Assembly (NCBI GenBank): GCA_016748015.1
Contig: JAAOMT010000603.1
Location: 91,008 to 155,007 of the forward strand
Reading direction: 5' to 3'
Length of the DNA: 64,000 nucleotides
Source of the DNA: Geosiphon pyriformis uo1
Lineage: Eukaryota > Fungi > Glomeromycota
Shown here: positions 24,461 through 38,581 of the stretch, piece after piece
Layout of the letters: each line of letters starts with the position of its first letter
Position numbering within the stretch: position 1 is the stretch's first letter
Position numbers and translations under genes: made by a program
The notes under the pieces: generated by a model
Databases searched by the model: none
The model's input: the letters and a program-made list of their open reading frames with translations, nothing else
Told to the model about the DNA's origin: nothing

Positions 24461-26731
24461 CTGTTTCTTGGTAAGATCAGGGAGTGTAATGTATATTTCA
24501 GGATTTGAATTGGAGTTTGAATCACTATATTTTTCATTACCACATTGAGCAGAACTGAAACCATTGTTTTTGTTATCATCATTGTTGAAGTTTGAATTGG
24601 GATTGAAAGTTAATTCCAATTCTAATGTATAGCTGCTAATTGGTTCTTCCTTTTCTGGTATTGTGTAGATCATACATGGTGGTGGATTGTAAATGAGGTT
24701 ACACTCATTACAATATTGAAAGTCACAGGGAATTAAACAATAGTTACATAGTCAAGTGTTGATTTTTTTCAACTGTTGCTCTTGTTTCTCTCTAGTGGGT
24801 GCTAATTTCTGGTAGTGTTCATGGAATTGTTCTGGATCCAATAGGTTTATGACTGGTTCTGAGTCCCAGTCAAGTTCTATAGGTTCTGGTAGATTGTTCT
24901 TTATTATTTTTATTTCTTCTGGTGATGCTCCTTCAATTTTGGTGAGAGCCATTCACCAAATTTTGTCATTATCATGTAGACATCCGTCCAAGTGTTTAAC
25001 TGTTCATCTCCAAGCAGCATCTATGGGCATTCTTTTTCTAACCCAGTTGCTTATGAAAATCATGTACTGACATGATTTGTTGCATGTTCTTTCTCTTTCA
25101 GAAATGTCATTCCACATTCTTTCATCGAAAAAAGTTTTACCACAAGCCAAGCATGACTCATTATCCCAGTTTCTTACTCATTTCAGTCTTTCAAAACATT
25201 CTATGATGCATGGGTGACAGTAAAACTTGGTTGTCATTTGGTATTCCTTATCATCACTACAACATACATCCATTGATGACAATTTCTTACTGTAATTACT
25301 GTATATAAGCTTTGGTCAATAATAGTTTGGTTGTGGTAGTATGTAAATATATATAGGGTGAATAAGGGTTGGTGTTAAATTTTCTTTTTTTTCTTTATCT
25401 TTCCCTTTAATATTATCCTCTTTCCATTCTCAGGTGGTTGATAGTTTGTTCTAATTGTTGTCAGTTCTTCAAGTTTGATCATTATTTCATGTAGGTTCTT
25501 CTCTTTGTTTTTCCTTTTCTTGGTAATCCCATAAAGGCACTGGTGGTAATTTGTTGTGTTCATTGTCAGCCCACAAAACTTGATATGCTTCCCAGATAGG
25601 TTTTTCCTTTTTTTATTCAAACTCAATTAGTAGTGCTGGCATAATAGTCATTTTGAAATAACCACACATGACTGGTACATGTGTGTGTTGACCATTTTGG
25701 CTCAGGTAGAGCTTCTGTGTAGTTCAATCAAGAATTGCATTTGTTTTGGACAGCCAATCATTGCCAATGAGTGCCTGGTACTGTGTTGTTTCTATCACAA
25801 GAATTTTGATAAGTATGATGATGCTGTTGATTTCAATAGGTAAGTCATCTATCTTGCCAATCAGAGTTTTGGTTGCTCCATCAGCTGTTATGATTTTAGT
25901 GCTAGCAGCTCAATCAACTTGGCAACCTAATTGGTCCATGAGTTGTCTTGTAATGATGCTGCTAGCTGACCCACTGTTTAAGATCAGTTTGATGAACTGG
26001 CCATCAACTTTGGCATCAGTATATATAGCAGTAATAGGTTTTTTTTCAAGAGTGGCTCCACTAAATAATGGTGTAGTTGACAATTCCTCAAGTTTAAATG
26101 GGAAGATGGTGTCCAGTAATTTGTCTTTCATAATGATAGCTGGCAGAATGTTGCTGGTAAGTGTTTCTTGTTGGTTGGTTTCCAGATTATTGGGTGGGAC
26201 ATTTTCTGAGGTAACCAGAAGACTTAAATACTGTTAAGCATTCAGGCTTTGGATGTATCTGGTACCCAAATTCTATTGTCGAAATTCTGATGGCTGGTTC
26301 AAGAAACTGGGGATTGGTTAATGGACTATCATTGACAATTTCCAGCTTTGTTGTGTCAGTCTTAGCCTTTGGTTTCCATTTTGAAGTAAGTTCTGTGGTG
26401 GTGTTTGAATTTGTTGGGGCTAATAAATTACTTAAGACTGTAGCTGATAAATGGGTTAGAGCTATGATTGATAAATGACAGGTGTTGTTTGCTGATAAAG
26501 TGGTGGTTAATAAATTTGCGGCTGTGTTATAAGTATGTAATTTGGTTGATATATTTCTGAATTTAATTGATAACTCAGAATTGGAAACTTGTGATTGGGG
26601 TTTCAATATTGATTTCTCAATCATTGGTTTTCTATTCTTAATTAACAATCAACTCTCAAATGTCTTTGTTTACCACAGTAATAGCAAACACATGTCTTCT
26701 GTTGCCACTGTTAATTGGTAAAAGATAATGG

Positions 26732-27598
26732 TATTACAGATAAACTTTGTTGATTGTTGGAGTAAATAACAGACCTGTAACTTGGTGCTCAAGACTGTTG
26801 TTGATGATGGCAATCTGAAGGTGTGTTTATCTGAAAGTTTTGGTTGAGTTCTTTGTATAATAGACAGAAATTCAGTGGTAATAGTTTTATCTGTAGCTTT
26901 CTGAAACCACAGTTTTGTCAATTTTTTTCTTAGCATAATGGCTGGTGTTTCTCCTGGTAAGCTAATCTTAATTGAGTGTCCTACTCTTATTTCTGGGTCT
27001 TTTACCAGTGCTATATCCTGAGGTCAGTATTTCGTGCATTAATTCTCAATAGAGTTAGTAATAACAACAATTAAGACAAAAAAATAAAAGAAATAACATA
27101 AAAAAATGAGCCAAGACAATGCATAAGTTAGTATCTATTAATAGCCATAATCAAGAGCTATTGTTCCAGTGTGGTTAGGTATCAATTGCTATCAACATGG
27201 AGTGTTAATAGTGAAGAGTGGATTTGGATGATAAATAATTTATTTATTCAATATTTGTGAATGGAAGATTTCTAATTAAAGAATTCTGCTTTTTCTACTT
27301 TTAATGCTATCACTATATATACATAATTGATGTTCTATAAAATTGCTCACATTTCCAAACAATGTGCTATGATTTTTTGAGCAATGCTCATATTGCTGAG
27401 CAATGTGCTCTAATTTTTTAACATTGCTCTACATTGTTGAGCAATGTGCCGTGTTTTTTGACATTGCTTCATATTGCTGAGCAATGTGCCATGATTTCTA
27501 ACATTGCTCCACATTGCTGAACAATATGCTCATGTGCTAAATACTATTCTCTTATTGGTCTGCTATTTTCTATATCTGTTTTCTTTTTATGAGTAACA
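26732..27598 (-). repeat. 3' LTR of element D (867 bp)
   Basis: Direct repeat of 36072-36858. Contains about five 40-bp units with the palindrome CACATTGCTGAGCAATGTG. Confidence 0.95.
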
Positions 27599-28304
27599 TT
27601 ATCTCCTCTTTTTAATATTAAGCTCCATCAAAATCTTTGTTTTGAATTAATTTTAATACTTCTTTTTCAAGTATTGTTTGTTCCACTCTGTTTTTTACGT
27701 TTTCTATTTGTGTATTGTTTATTTTTCCCCATTGGTTAATGGTTATGGTTTCCATGTCAAAGTGTAACAGTATTTCTGGATAGTTCTAAAATATGTTGTG
27801 TAGTCAGTACATTGTTTTAACATGTAGTGTTGAATTAGTTTTCTTTCTGATAAATTCTTTAATTTGTTGTATCATGTCTTGGTTGAATATTCTCTTGGAT
27901 TTGTCAATATACAATTCTTAAATATTCAACTTTTGACCTAATTGATAGTAGCAATATGATATTGGAAGTCATTCTGTCCATTGCTTCCAATTTTTTTTTG
28001 TAAGCTCTTTTGTTGGTGCCATAATAGGTATTTTCTCAAAAGTGTTCTTTACTTTTTCTATTAAGTTATCTGTTTAGTTTTTATTATTCTTTGGTGGCCA
28101 CTGATATGGTGTATTCTTTGTCTTTCTTTTTGTGTTTCAATAGCAAATTGTTTGGTTGTTAATGACAATTTCCATGTCTAACTGTTGTTGACTTAGTGCC
28201 TGGGACAGTTGTTAAACTATGGTGTGAATGTAATTTGGTATTTCCATTTTTCTTGGTTGCTTTTGTCATGTGTACTGTGTCTTTATATCTTTTTTTGGTT
28301 GTTC

Positions 28305-31100
28305 AATTTGATGTGTTTGGTTCAATAACTATGATTGGTTCCAGATTTTGTAAAATCTCATCTGGTTGAACTATTATCTTTTGTACTCCCAACTGTGGAA
28401 TAGTATTGGTGAATAATAATGCTATCTGGTGATATGGTTTTAGTCAATCACCATGTGCTGCTTTGGCTAAGATTTTGTTGTCTCATCTTAATTTATAAGC
28501 TCTATTTCCTAGAATTTCTTCTATGTGAAATGGTCCGTCTCATTTGGGGTTGAATTTTTTACTCCATTGTTTTTCCACTTTGGTATAATGTAATAGTACT
28601 TTGTCTCCAATCTTGAATTCCACTGGTTTATCTGGTAGTTGGTTATCATGTTATTTTTTTTGCTTTTCTTGTGTCTTTTGGATATTATCAGCTGCTTTTT
28701 GTCATCTGTTTTCTAGTGTTTCCATTAAGTCATATGTTTTTTTCAACAATGTTTCTTGGAAATTATCTTCTGTTATTGATTCAGCTGGATATATATTGAT
28801 CTTTATTTTAACTGGTAATATTGCTGTTCTACTGTATACCAATTCAAATGGTGTTGCTTGTGTGGTATCTTGCTTCATTGTCTGATAAGCAAATAATACT
28901 GATAATATAAACAAATCCCATTCATTCTGATTTTTTTGGCTGATTTTGGCAATTGCTTCACACAGTATTCTATTAAATCTTTTAACTAAGCCATTCATTT
29001 ATGGATGGTATGGTAATGATAATGGTCTTTTTATTCCAAATCTCTGGCTTAATTCTGCTAATGTTTTGTTTACAAAATGAGTTCCCTGATCTGATAATAG
29101 TTCTTTTGAACATCTATGTTGACAAATTAAATCTTAATAGACAAATTCGGCAATGGATTTTGCATCTGTTTTTTGAATGGTTTTTGCTTCTGGCCATTTT
29201 GTGAGATAGTCCATAACTATTGCAATATATCTGTTGTCTCTGCTGGTGATTATTAATGGTCCGACTAAGTCAATTCCAATATGGTTAAATGGTTGTCTCA
29301 CTTTGATTGGTTTTAATGGTTTACTGGGTTTTGATCCACCTCTTCTCTGACAAGCATCATACTTCTAAACATATTAAATGATATCTGGATACATTGATGG
29401 CCAATAGTATCTTTTTCTGGTTTTTTCCATGGTTGTTTCTTTATGAAAATGTTCTGCTGTTGGATCTGAATGCATGTTGAATAATATTGTCTCTTTTTTT
29501 GGTTCTGTGATGACTCTTATTGGTTGATCTGAATTTCTTCTGTTTTTCTAGTAAAGTATATTTTTATAATTGATAAAATATTTTAATTGTTGTTTGATAT
29601 TATTTCACTCATTTTGAGATAATTTCTCCTTGAACTGTTGAGTATTTATATAATGTTGTAGTTGTTGATATTTTTGTATGTTTATCTTTTGTTATATTTT
29701 CATTGGGTTTGTTCTGGTTTTGTTATATTTTTATGTTGAGATGTTTTTAAATTTGTTTTATTCGTGACAAATTGTCAGTATTTTTATTGTCTTTTCCCTT
29801 TTTATAATGTATAGTGTAAGTATATAGTAATAATGCCATTTTTTATCTTGATTGTCTTCTATCTCCAAATTCCTGTTTATGAAGTGCTGTTAATCTTTTG
29901 TGGTCTGTGTATACATCAAACTTCTGGCTCAAGTATTTACTCCATTTTATGACTGCCCAATAAATTGCTAAATATTCTAATTCTGGTGTTTCATAATTTC
30001 TTTTAGCTAGAGTTAAACCTTGGCTGGTATATGCGACTAGATGTTCTCTTTCATCCAGTCCTCTCTGTAATAGTACTGCTCCCAATGCTTGGCCTAATGC
30101 ATCAGTGATAATAATGAATGGTTTATTGTGATCTGAATAAATCAGTATTGGAGCTTGTATAAGCTTTCTTCTTAGAATATCAAAAGCTTCTTGTTGTGCT
30201 TCTGTCCATTCATATTTCACATTCTTGGTTTGGAGATGATTGAGTGGTTGGGCTATCTTGGAAAAGTTTTTGATGAAGTGTCAATAATAGCCTGTGAATC
30301 CTAAGAATGACTTTAACTCTGTCATATTGGTTGGTACTGGAAAGTTCTTGACTATCTCTATCTTTTCTGGATCCATTTTGATGTCATCTTTGCTTACTAT
30401 GTGCCCTAAAAAGTTTAATTCTGTTTTGTCAAAGAAGCACTTATTGGCATTTAACTTTAGTCCTGCTTGTTGTAGCCTTTCAAACACTTGTTGTAGATGA
30501 TGCAAATGATTATCGAATGTTTTGGAGAACACATTGGTGTCATCTAAATAAACAACTACTGATTTCCACAATAAGCTAGTATATACTATTTCCATTAGCC
30601 ACTGGAATGTGGCTGGCATATTTGTTAAGCCAAATGGCATCACTTCAAATTCAAAATTTCCTTCTTATGTTGTGAATACAGTCTTTTTTTTGTTCACTAG
30701 ATCTATGGCTACTTGCCAATAATCACTATCTAAATCTAATATTGAGAACCATTTGTTTCTCCCAAAAGCATCAAATAATTCTTAAATCCATGAAGTTGGA
30801 TAGCTGTCTCCACATGTGACTCCATTAAGCTTTCTGTAGTCCACACAAAAGTGGATTTTCTTATTCTTTTTCTGGATAAGTACTACTGGTAATGACCATG
30901 GGCTCATTGATGGCTGAATTAATTTATTGTCGAGCATTTGGTTGATTTTTTGATGAATGATCTTATGGCTGGCAGGTAGTACTCTGTATGCTTGTTGTTT
31001 TATTGACATAGCATCTCCAGTTTTGATCTGGTGCTAAATAATATTAGTTCTGCCAAATTCATTCTCACTGGCAAAGATGTCATTAAACTTGTTGAGCAAC
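28305..31100 (-). pseudogene. Element D RT-RNase H-integrase (disrupted)
   Basis: SPWSLPVVL, FCVDYRKLN, MPFGL, VVYLDDT; IITDALGQALGAVL, YTDHK; NGLVKRFN, TPFELVY. Confidence 0.94.
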
Positions 31101-31579
31101 ATCTTCAGCTGTATGCATTGGAGTGGATCTAGATTCTCCATGTTCATTTGTTCCAATTGTTCTGGTTGAAGCAAATAACATTTATTTCATCCATATATTG
31201 TTTATAATGTGATGTTAACATATTCACAAAGCTGTGGAAAGTCTGGAATGGGGTTTGGTGGTTGGTCCTCTATTTCAGTAGTTAAATGTCCTATGATGGT
31301 TCCTTCTAGTATCTCTATAACTTTTCCAGTATTGTTGTAAATGGGAATTTTGATGTGACTATAGTTCCTGGCTGGTATGTGAAGATTGATGAGTCCAATT
31401 TCTCCTGATTTACAACGTGCTGCTTCTACTTCAAAAATCTGGTTCTGATCCTTCACTTTCCTTTCTATGACTACCATATACTGGTTATATGATGGAATGA
31501 AAATTGGTTGACCAGTGAAGATAATTTTTTTCTTGTCAATAATTTTTTTTTCTACCATATTAACTGGTATATCTACTCT

Positions 31580-32010
31580 ACCTGTTGATCCAAATTCCTG
31601 TATCCCTCTAACTGTGATCCCTAATTCTTCCCTGTTTTCCATTAACACTAACTGAGCTATTTTGACCAGAGGCAGGAATATTGTCTGTGCTATTTTTTCA
31701 TTTGGCTCTATTACATAGGCTTTTTTTGAATCATTTTGTAGCATAGCAATAATATTTCCTACATATTCTGCGTCAATTATTCCTCTTCTAATGTTGATTC
31801 CTCTTTTTGCTAGACTACTCTTAGATGCTAGTTGAACTATTGTGGTTGCTGGAATTTTCAGTGCTATTTTCAGATCAATACAAATGCACAAATATGGTTC
31901 CAATTTTATGGTATCTTTTTTAAGATATCTCAGATCAAACCCTGTATTAGTATCATGTGTATGCTTTGACATGATATCTTTATTATTGTCACTGAACCAC
32001 TTTAGTTCTT
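31580..32010 (-). pseudogene. Element D dUTPase domain
   Basis: TGFDL, SKSSLA, GIIDAEYVG, KIAQ, RGIQEFGSTG. Confidence 0.93.
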
Positions 32011-35000
32011 GCTCCTTGGTAAGATCAGAAAGCACTATAAATGTTTCAGAGTTTGGATCTGAGTCCAAATCACTGTTATCTTCATTGCCATATTGAATAG
32101 AACTGGAACCAGTGTTTTATCATCATCATTGTCGGAGTTTGAATCAGAATTGAAAATTGATTCCAATTCTGATGTGCAACTGCTGACTGATTTTTCTTCT
32201 TCTGGAATTGTGTAGATTATGTGAATTGGTGAGTTGTAAATAAGGTCATATTCATTACAATATTGAAAGTTACATGGGATCAAACAGTGGTCACATAGTC
32301 AAATGTTTAGCTGTGCTAGCCACTGCTTCTGCTTCTCTCTTGTAGGTGTCAAGTTTTGGTAATGTTTATAGAAGTCTTCTGAGTTGGTTTCTATGTTGAG
32401 AAAGGCATCTGGATTTGGAATGAGGATGATATCAATCTGTTCAAGCAGATTGTTTTTAATTTCCAGAATTTCACTGAACATGGCTCCTTGGACTTTGGCA
32501 TTTGTCAGATCTCATTCTTATCATGTGAGTAGCCATTTAATTGGTTAATCACTCTATGCCAAGCTGCTGTTATGGGCATGCCACAACTCATCCAGTCACT
32601 GATGAGAATCGTGTATTGGCATGAAGCATCACATGTTCCTTCTTGACCAGAAATGTTATTTCACATCCTTTCATTAAGTAGCTGTTTGCCACAAGCAAAA
32701 CATGGTTCATTGTTCCACTTGTCTTGGCACTTTGGATATCTGTAGCATTCGCGATGGCACAGTTTGCAGTAATAATGTGTTCATGTCCAGTAGTCTTCAT
32801 TTGGCATGATCTATGCTCCCATGAATGAGAGTTTCTTTCCACAGTCTTTGCATTTAAGTGAAATAAATGGTGGCTGTGGTAGTGGCTGGCAAATGGAGTA
32901 TAAACTTGTCCATCCTTTGGTTGTGTTTTCTGTTGGTTCGATTTCTCCAGGTACGTTTTCTTTTTTTTTTTTCCCTTTCCCTTTTTCCTCCCAGTTTATT
33001 GTTGGTAGCAACTCACTTTGGTTGTTGTTAGTCCAAGCGTTGATGGTGGTTCCCCAGGTATGTTCTTCTCTTTGTTTTCTTTTTTCATTATTATTGTCAT
33101 CCCAAGAGAGTATTGGCAGTAATTTGTTGTAATTATCATCAGCCCATGAGACTTGATAGGCTTCTCAGATAGGTTTTTCATCTTTTTCCTCAAACTTAAT
33201 GAGTGGTGCTGGTGTGTTAATGGTCTTGAAATGGCCGCACATGGCTGGTATGCATGTATGTCAGCCATTTTGACTGAGTTGGAGCTCTTGCATTGTCCAA
33301 TCAAGGATGGCATTTGTCTTAGTGAGCCAGTCATTACTAACTAGTGCTTGGTATTAAATAACTTCTATTATCAAAACTTTGATAGGGACTATGATGCCAT
33401 TGACTTCAAAAGGAAAGTTGTCAATTTCACTAATAGAAGTTTTGGTTGCTCCATCAGCTGTGATGATCTTTGCACTGGCAGTTCTGTCAACTCAGTGATC
33501 TAATTGATCTATAAGTTGTTTGGTGATGATTCTGCCAGCTGATTTACTATTCAGGATCAGTTTGATATACTGACCATTGACTTTGGCATCAGTATACATT
33601 GCAGTTATTGGTTTGGTGCCCAAAGCAGCTCTACTGAACAATAGAACTGATGTAATTTTCTCAAGTTTAAATGAAAATATGGCAGCAAGTAATTCGTCTT
33701 TGGTGCTGGCAGCTGGTAGAATGTTGTGAGTAAGTGGCTTTTGGTTGGTTTCTTGTTTGTTGGATGCCGCATCTTCCAGGGTAATTAGAAGACTTAAGTA
33801 GTTCTGGGAACTCGGGTTAGAGTTATACTCAGTTCCTGAATTCCACTGGCATGATCCTGATAGTTGATTTGTTGAACTGAGAATCAGTTAGTGAACCACC
33901 ATTGCTGATCTCCAGTTTTGGGTTACTCTGGATCTGGGGTTTCTGAATGTTATCATAGCTGGGTTTTGTGGCAGTGTTTGAATTGATTATTGTGGTTGAT
34001 AGATTATTTGTGGCTGCAGTTAATATATTACAGGTGGCTGTGGTTGATATATTTAAGGTTAATATACTAGTGTTTGATAGATTGGTGGTGGTATTATTGG
34101 CAGGTAAGTAGATTGATATTGATTTTGATTTGAGTAATGATTCAGAGTTGGGAACTGGCAATTGAAATTCTGATATTGATTTCCCGATTATGGATTACTA
34201 TAAGCATGGCAATCGGCTCTAAGATGACTTTGTTTATCACAGTTGTGGCAAATTTGTGTTTTTTGTTGTCATGGCTGATTTGTTGATAATAATAGACACG
34301 ACTGATTTTGGAAACAATTTGCGTTTCCCTAATTATTACATTATTGAGGAGGCTAATAAATTGGGCAATTATCAGCTAAGTATCTCTCTAATTTTTGATT
34401 AATGAAATTACTAAATTGCTTTAGTTTAGAATCCAAATCAGATGATCTATTTATTATTAAATTCACAGCTTGGGCATAATTGACTTCTAACTCAGCAGCT
34501 TTAAAATCTCTAGCATGAGTGATTGCGGTAGGAAGGTCTATTGGATGCATCAGACGTACTCATTGGAGTATGCTGTTGTATAAGCCTCTGATAAACTAAT
34601 TTAAAATTTGTGGTACTGTAAAGTAATCAGCTTGAATAGCTTGGATTTGGTGCAGATTTTTGTAGAAGCATCCCAAGTAGGTAGTGACTACTTCTGTGTC
34701 CCTTTGTTTTAGGGTGGTAAAAGTACTTGCCAGGTGGTTAATGCTGTTATTATCACTGAAATATCTTAGGAATTCTGTTTTAAATGCATTAAAATTTTGG
34801 GGTTTCTGGGCCAAGCTATAATACCATAAGTTAGCAGTATCCTTTAGGAAATATGAGATGACTTGCATTGTTTTTGTGTCATCCTAATTGTTTGCAGTAA
34901 TGGCTTTGGTGATATCATTGATCTATGCCTAGGCGTCATCCTCTTTGTCAGTAAACTTCTCAAGTTTTGCGATTAGTGCAAAAGCCATTGGTGCAATCAG

Positions 35001-36071
35001 TTGCTGTTGTTGTATTAGTGATTAAAGTGGTTGTTGCAGTTGTTGAACCAGTTGCTGGATAAGTTGCTGTAGTAGTGGCTGTTGAAAAGGTATTTGCTGC
35101 TGTTGAATCAGTTTGATAATTGGTTTAATTGGTGGCTGATTGATGATGATATTTAGAGGTAAGTTTTGTTGATTAATTAAGTCAGAGTTTTGGTCATTCT
35201 GATTTGGCAGAGTTTTGATTTCTGGATTTTCTAGATTTTAATCTTGCTGAGTCTGAAAATTTGGGGTTTTTATATCCAGGTTCTCAGTAATCAGGTTCTG
35301 ATAAGTGAATTCTTGATCTTCAGATTCTTCTTCCTTTTTTTCTTCTTGTTTTTTTTCCAATTTGGTTGATTCCCACGGATCAGTAATTCTGAAGTTTAGT
35401 TGAGGTGGTGGTGATTGAACTCCTGATGGCATTGGTGATCTCAATTTGAATCTCTCGAAGTACACACTGTATGGTCCTAATAGATCTTCTTTCCTTTGTT
35501 TACTTTGGAATAGAAATTGTTCAAATGTTGATGTCGCATTTGATGTAGACGCACCTGTTGATGTGATATTGATGGTGTTTTCAGGAGTATAATGATATGA
35601 TGAATTTGTAGGTGATTTAATTCTGTGTTTCTTCCAAGTGGGTGGTTAGATCCATTGAGGTGTTACTGCTGGTGTTTGTAATTTTTCTTTGTCTTTACTT
35701 GCATAAGTAATTGGGTATCTTTGTTGTGTGTGATGTTCAATTTTCTTATTAATCTCAGTAATGATAGATGCAAAGTTATAATTTGTTGGTAAGCTGGTGT
35801 TTTGGATTAATTTGTGGTAAAAAGTTTCTCTCACTGATTCAGTGTTTATTGGTGTTCCTAACAAATAGGCAATTTTTTTGTTAACATAGAAATTGAAGGC
35901 TAATTCTGCTAATATCTGATTGTGGTTCAATTCCAAGTGTTGACGGTAGTATTAAAATAAGAATTTTGCGAATTCTAAATGGTTTGCTCCTATACTTTTT
36001 GATTTTGCCACTGTTGATTTATTTGTTGGTGCTGGTTCTCTATAGAATTATACTTCACAAGAAGCACCAAA

Positions 36072-36858
36072 TGTTACAGGTGAATTTTGTTGGTTGTTGG
36101 AGTAAATAACAGACCCATAACTTGGTGTTCAAGGCTGTTGTTGATGATGGCAATCTGAAGATGTGTTTATCTGAAGGTTTTGGTTGAGTTTTTTGTATAA
36201 TAGACAGAGATTTAGTGGTAATAGTTTTATCCGTAGCTTTCTGAAACTGCAGTTTCATCAATTTTTTTCTCAACATGATGGCTGGTGTTTCTCCTGGTAA
36301 GCTAATCTCAATCAAGTGTCCTATCTTTATTTCTGGGTCTTTTACCAGTGCTATATCCTGATGTCAGTACCCCATGCATTAATCCTCAATAGAGTTAATA
36401 ATAACAACAATTAAGACAAAAAAATAAAAGAAATAACATAAAGAAATGAGCCAAGGCAATGTGCAAGTTAATATCTGTCAATAGCCATGATTAAGAGCTA
36501 TTGTTCCAGTGTGGTTAGATATCAATTGCTATCAACATAGAGTGTTAATAATGAAGAGTAGATTTGGATGGTAAATAATTTATTTATTCAATATTTGTGA
36601 ATAGGAGATTTTTAACTAAAGAATTCTGCTTTTTCTACTTCTAATGCTACTGCTATATATACATAATTGATATTCTACAAGATTGCTCACATTTCCGAGC
36701 AATGTGCTATGATTTTTTAAGCAATGCTCATATTGCTAAGCAATGTGTTCTAATTTTTTAACATTGTTCCACATTGCTGAGCAATGTGCTTATGTGCTAA
36801 ATACTATTCTCTCATTGGTCTGCTATTTTCTATATCTGTTTTCTTTTTATGAGTAACA
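36072..36858 (-). repeat. 5' LTR of element D (787 bp)
   Basis: TGTTAC...GTAACA termini with adjacent PBS. Confidence 0.95.
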
Positions 36859-38581
36859 ATGGACACAACTAATTCTGGAAATAATTTGCATTTCCTTGAT
36901 TATTGCATTATTGAGAAGATTAATAAACTGCTTGATTGTTAGCTAAGTATTTTTCTAATTTTTGGTTGATGGAATCACTGAATTGTTTCAACTTAGAATC
37001 CAATTCAGATGATCTGTTCATTATTAAATTGATGACTTGGACGTGGTTGGCTTTAAGTTCAGTGGCTTTGAAATCTTGTGCATTAGTAACTGCATCTTGG
37101 AGAGTTTGTAAGTACATTGGGCATACACACTGGAGGATGCTACTGCACAGTTTATGGATAAACTGGTTTAGAATCTGTGGTGCTGTAAAATAGTCAGCTT
37201 GGATTGCTTGAATTTGGCACAGATTTCTGTAGAAGTGTCTTAAGTAAGTAGTAACTGCTTCAGTTTCTCCCTGTTTGATAGTAGTAAAAGTGTTGGCTAG
37301 GCAATTAATACTATTGCTATTGCTAAAATATCTTAAAAATTCCAATTTAAATGCATTAAATGTTCGAAGTTTCTGAGCCAGGCTATGATATTATAAGTTA
37401 GCAGCATCCTGGAAAAAATAAGGGATTGTTTAAAGGGCTTTGGCGTCATTCCAGTTATTGGTAGTAATAGTTTTGGTGATGTTGTTGATTCATGTTTGGA
37501 CATCATTCTCTTCACCAGAAAATTTTTTTAGTTTCACAATTGGTGTATATGCCATTTGTTGTTGTTGTTGTGGCTGTTGAAGTGACTGCTGAGGTAGTTA
37601 AGATGATTGAATTGGTTCAATAATTGGTTCTTCAAGTGGCTGGTTGATGACAATTACTGAAGATAAGTTTTTTTGATCAATTACTTTGGAGTTTAGATTA
37701 TTCAGAGTTTACTGAATTTGAATATTCAGAGTTTCAATTTCTGGATTTTCTAAATTTTGATCTTGCTAAGTCTAAAAGTTCAGGATTTCAATATCTGGGT
37801 TTTCTAGAATCAGGTTCTGGTAAGTAAATTCTTGATTTTTGGCTTCTTCTTCTTGCTCTTCTTCTAATTTTGTTATCTCTTAAAGACTCGTGTTTTCGAA
37901 ATCTGGTTGAGATGGTAGTAATTAAGATTCTGATGGCATTGGCGATTGTAATTTAAATCCTTCAAAATAATTGTCATAAGTTCTTAGTAATTCTGCTTTT
38001 TTTTGTTTACTTTGAAATAAAAGTCATCCAAATGTTGATGTAGCATGTGATGTAAACATGTCTACTAAGGAGATATTGATGGCACTTTCTGGTGCATAAT
38101 AGTATGAAAGATTAGTTGGTGATTTGACTTGGGTTTTCTTTCAAATAAGTGGTTGTATCTGTTTTGGTGTTCCTGTTGGTGTTTGCAATCTTCCTTTGCT
38201 TTTGTCTGCATAGGTAATGAGAAATTGTTGTTGGGTGTATCTTTCAATAATTTGATTGATTTCCCTGATGATTGGTATAAAACTGTAATTTTTTGGTAGA
38301 CTAGTATATTGAAACAATTCTGTATAAAAATTTTCTCTTGCAATTCAATGTTAACTGTTCCTCCTAAGCAGTCTGTGATTTTATTGTTGACATAGAAGTT
38401 AAAGGCTGATTTTGCTGGGAAGTGGTTATTGTTTAATCCTAATTGTTAACTGTACTGTTGAAACAAGAATTTGGTAAATCCTAAATAGTTTGTTCCTATG
38501 ATTTCTGATTCTGCTACTTTTGAATGATTTGTTTATTGGTGCTGGTTTTCTGTAGGATTATACCTCACAAGAAGCACCAAA

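Larger units (their letters stand above)
26732..36858 (-). mobile_element. Full-length Gypsy element D (10,127 bp) nested in the gag of C, TSD ATGG
   Basis: LTRs 26732-27598 and 36072-36858. ATGG at 26728-26731 and 36859-36862. PBS at about 36053-36069, PPT at 27599-27616. Removing D restores continuous C gag. Confidence 0.96.

Noticed and set aside
27340-27540. CRISPR-like palindromic repeats
   Set aside because: The units are contiguous tandem repeats without unique spacers, lie inside an LTR in eukaryotic DNA, and have no cas genes nearby.
38563-38579. Assigning the primer tRNA identity
   Set aside because: The ...AGCACCA end fits several tRNAs (Ile-UAU, elongator Met, Thr). The host tRNA set is needed to decide.
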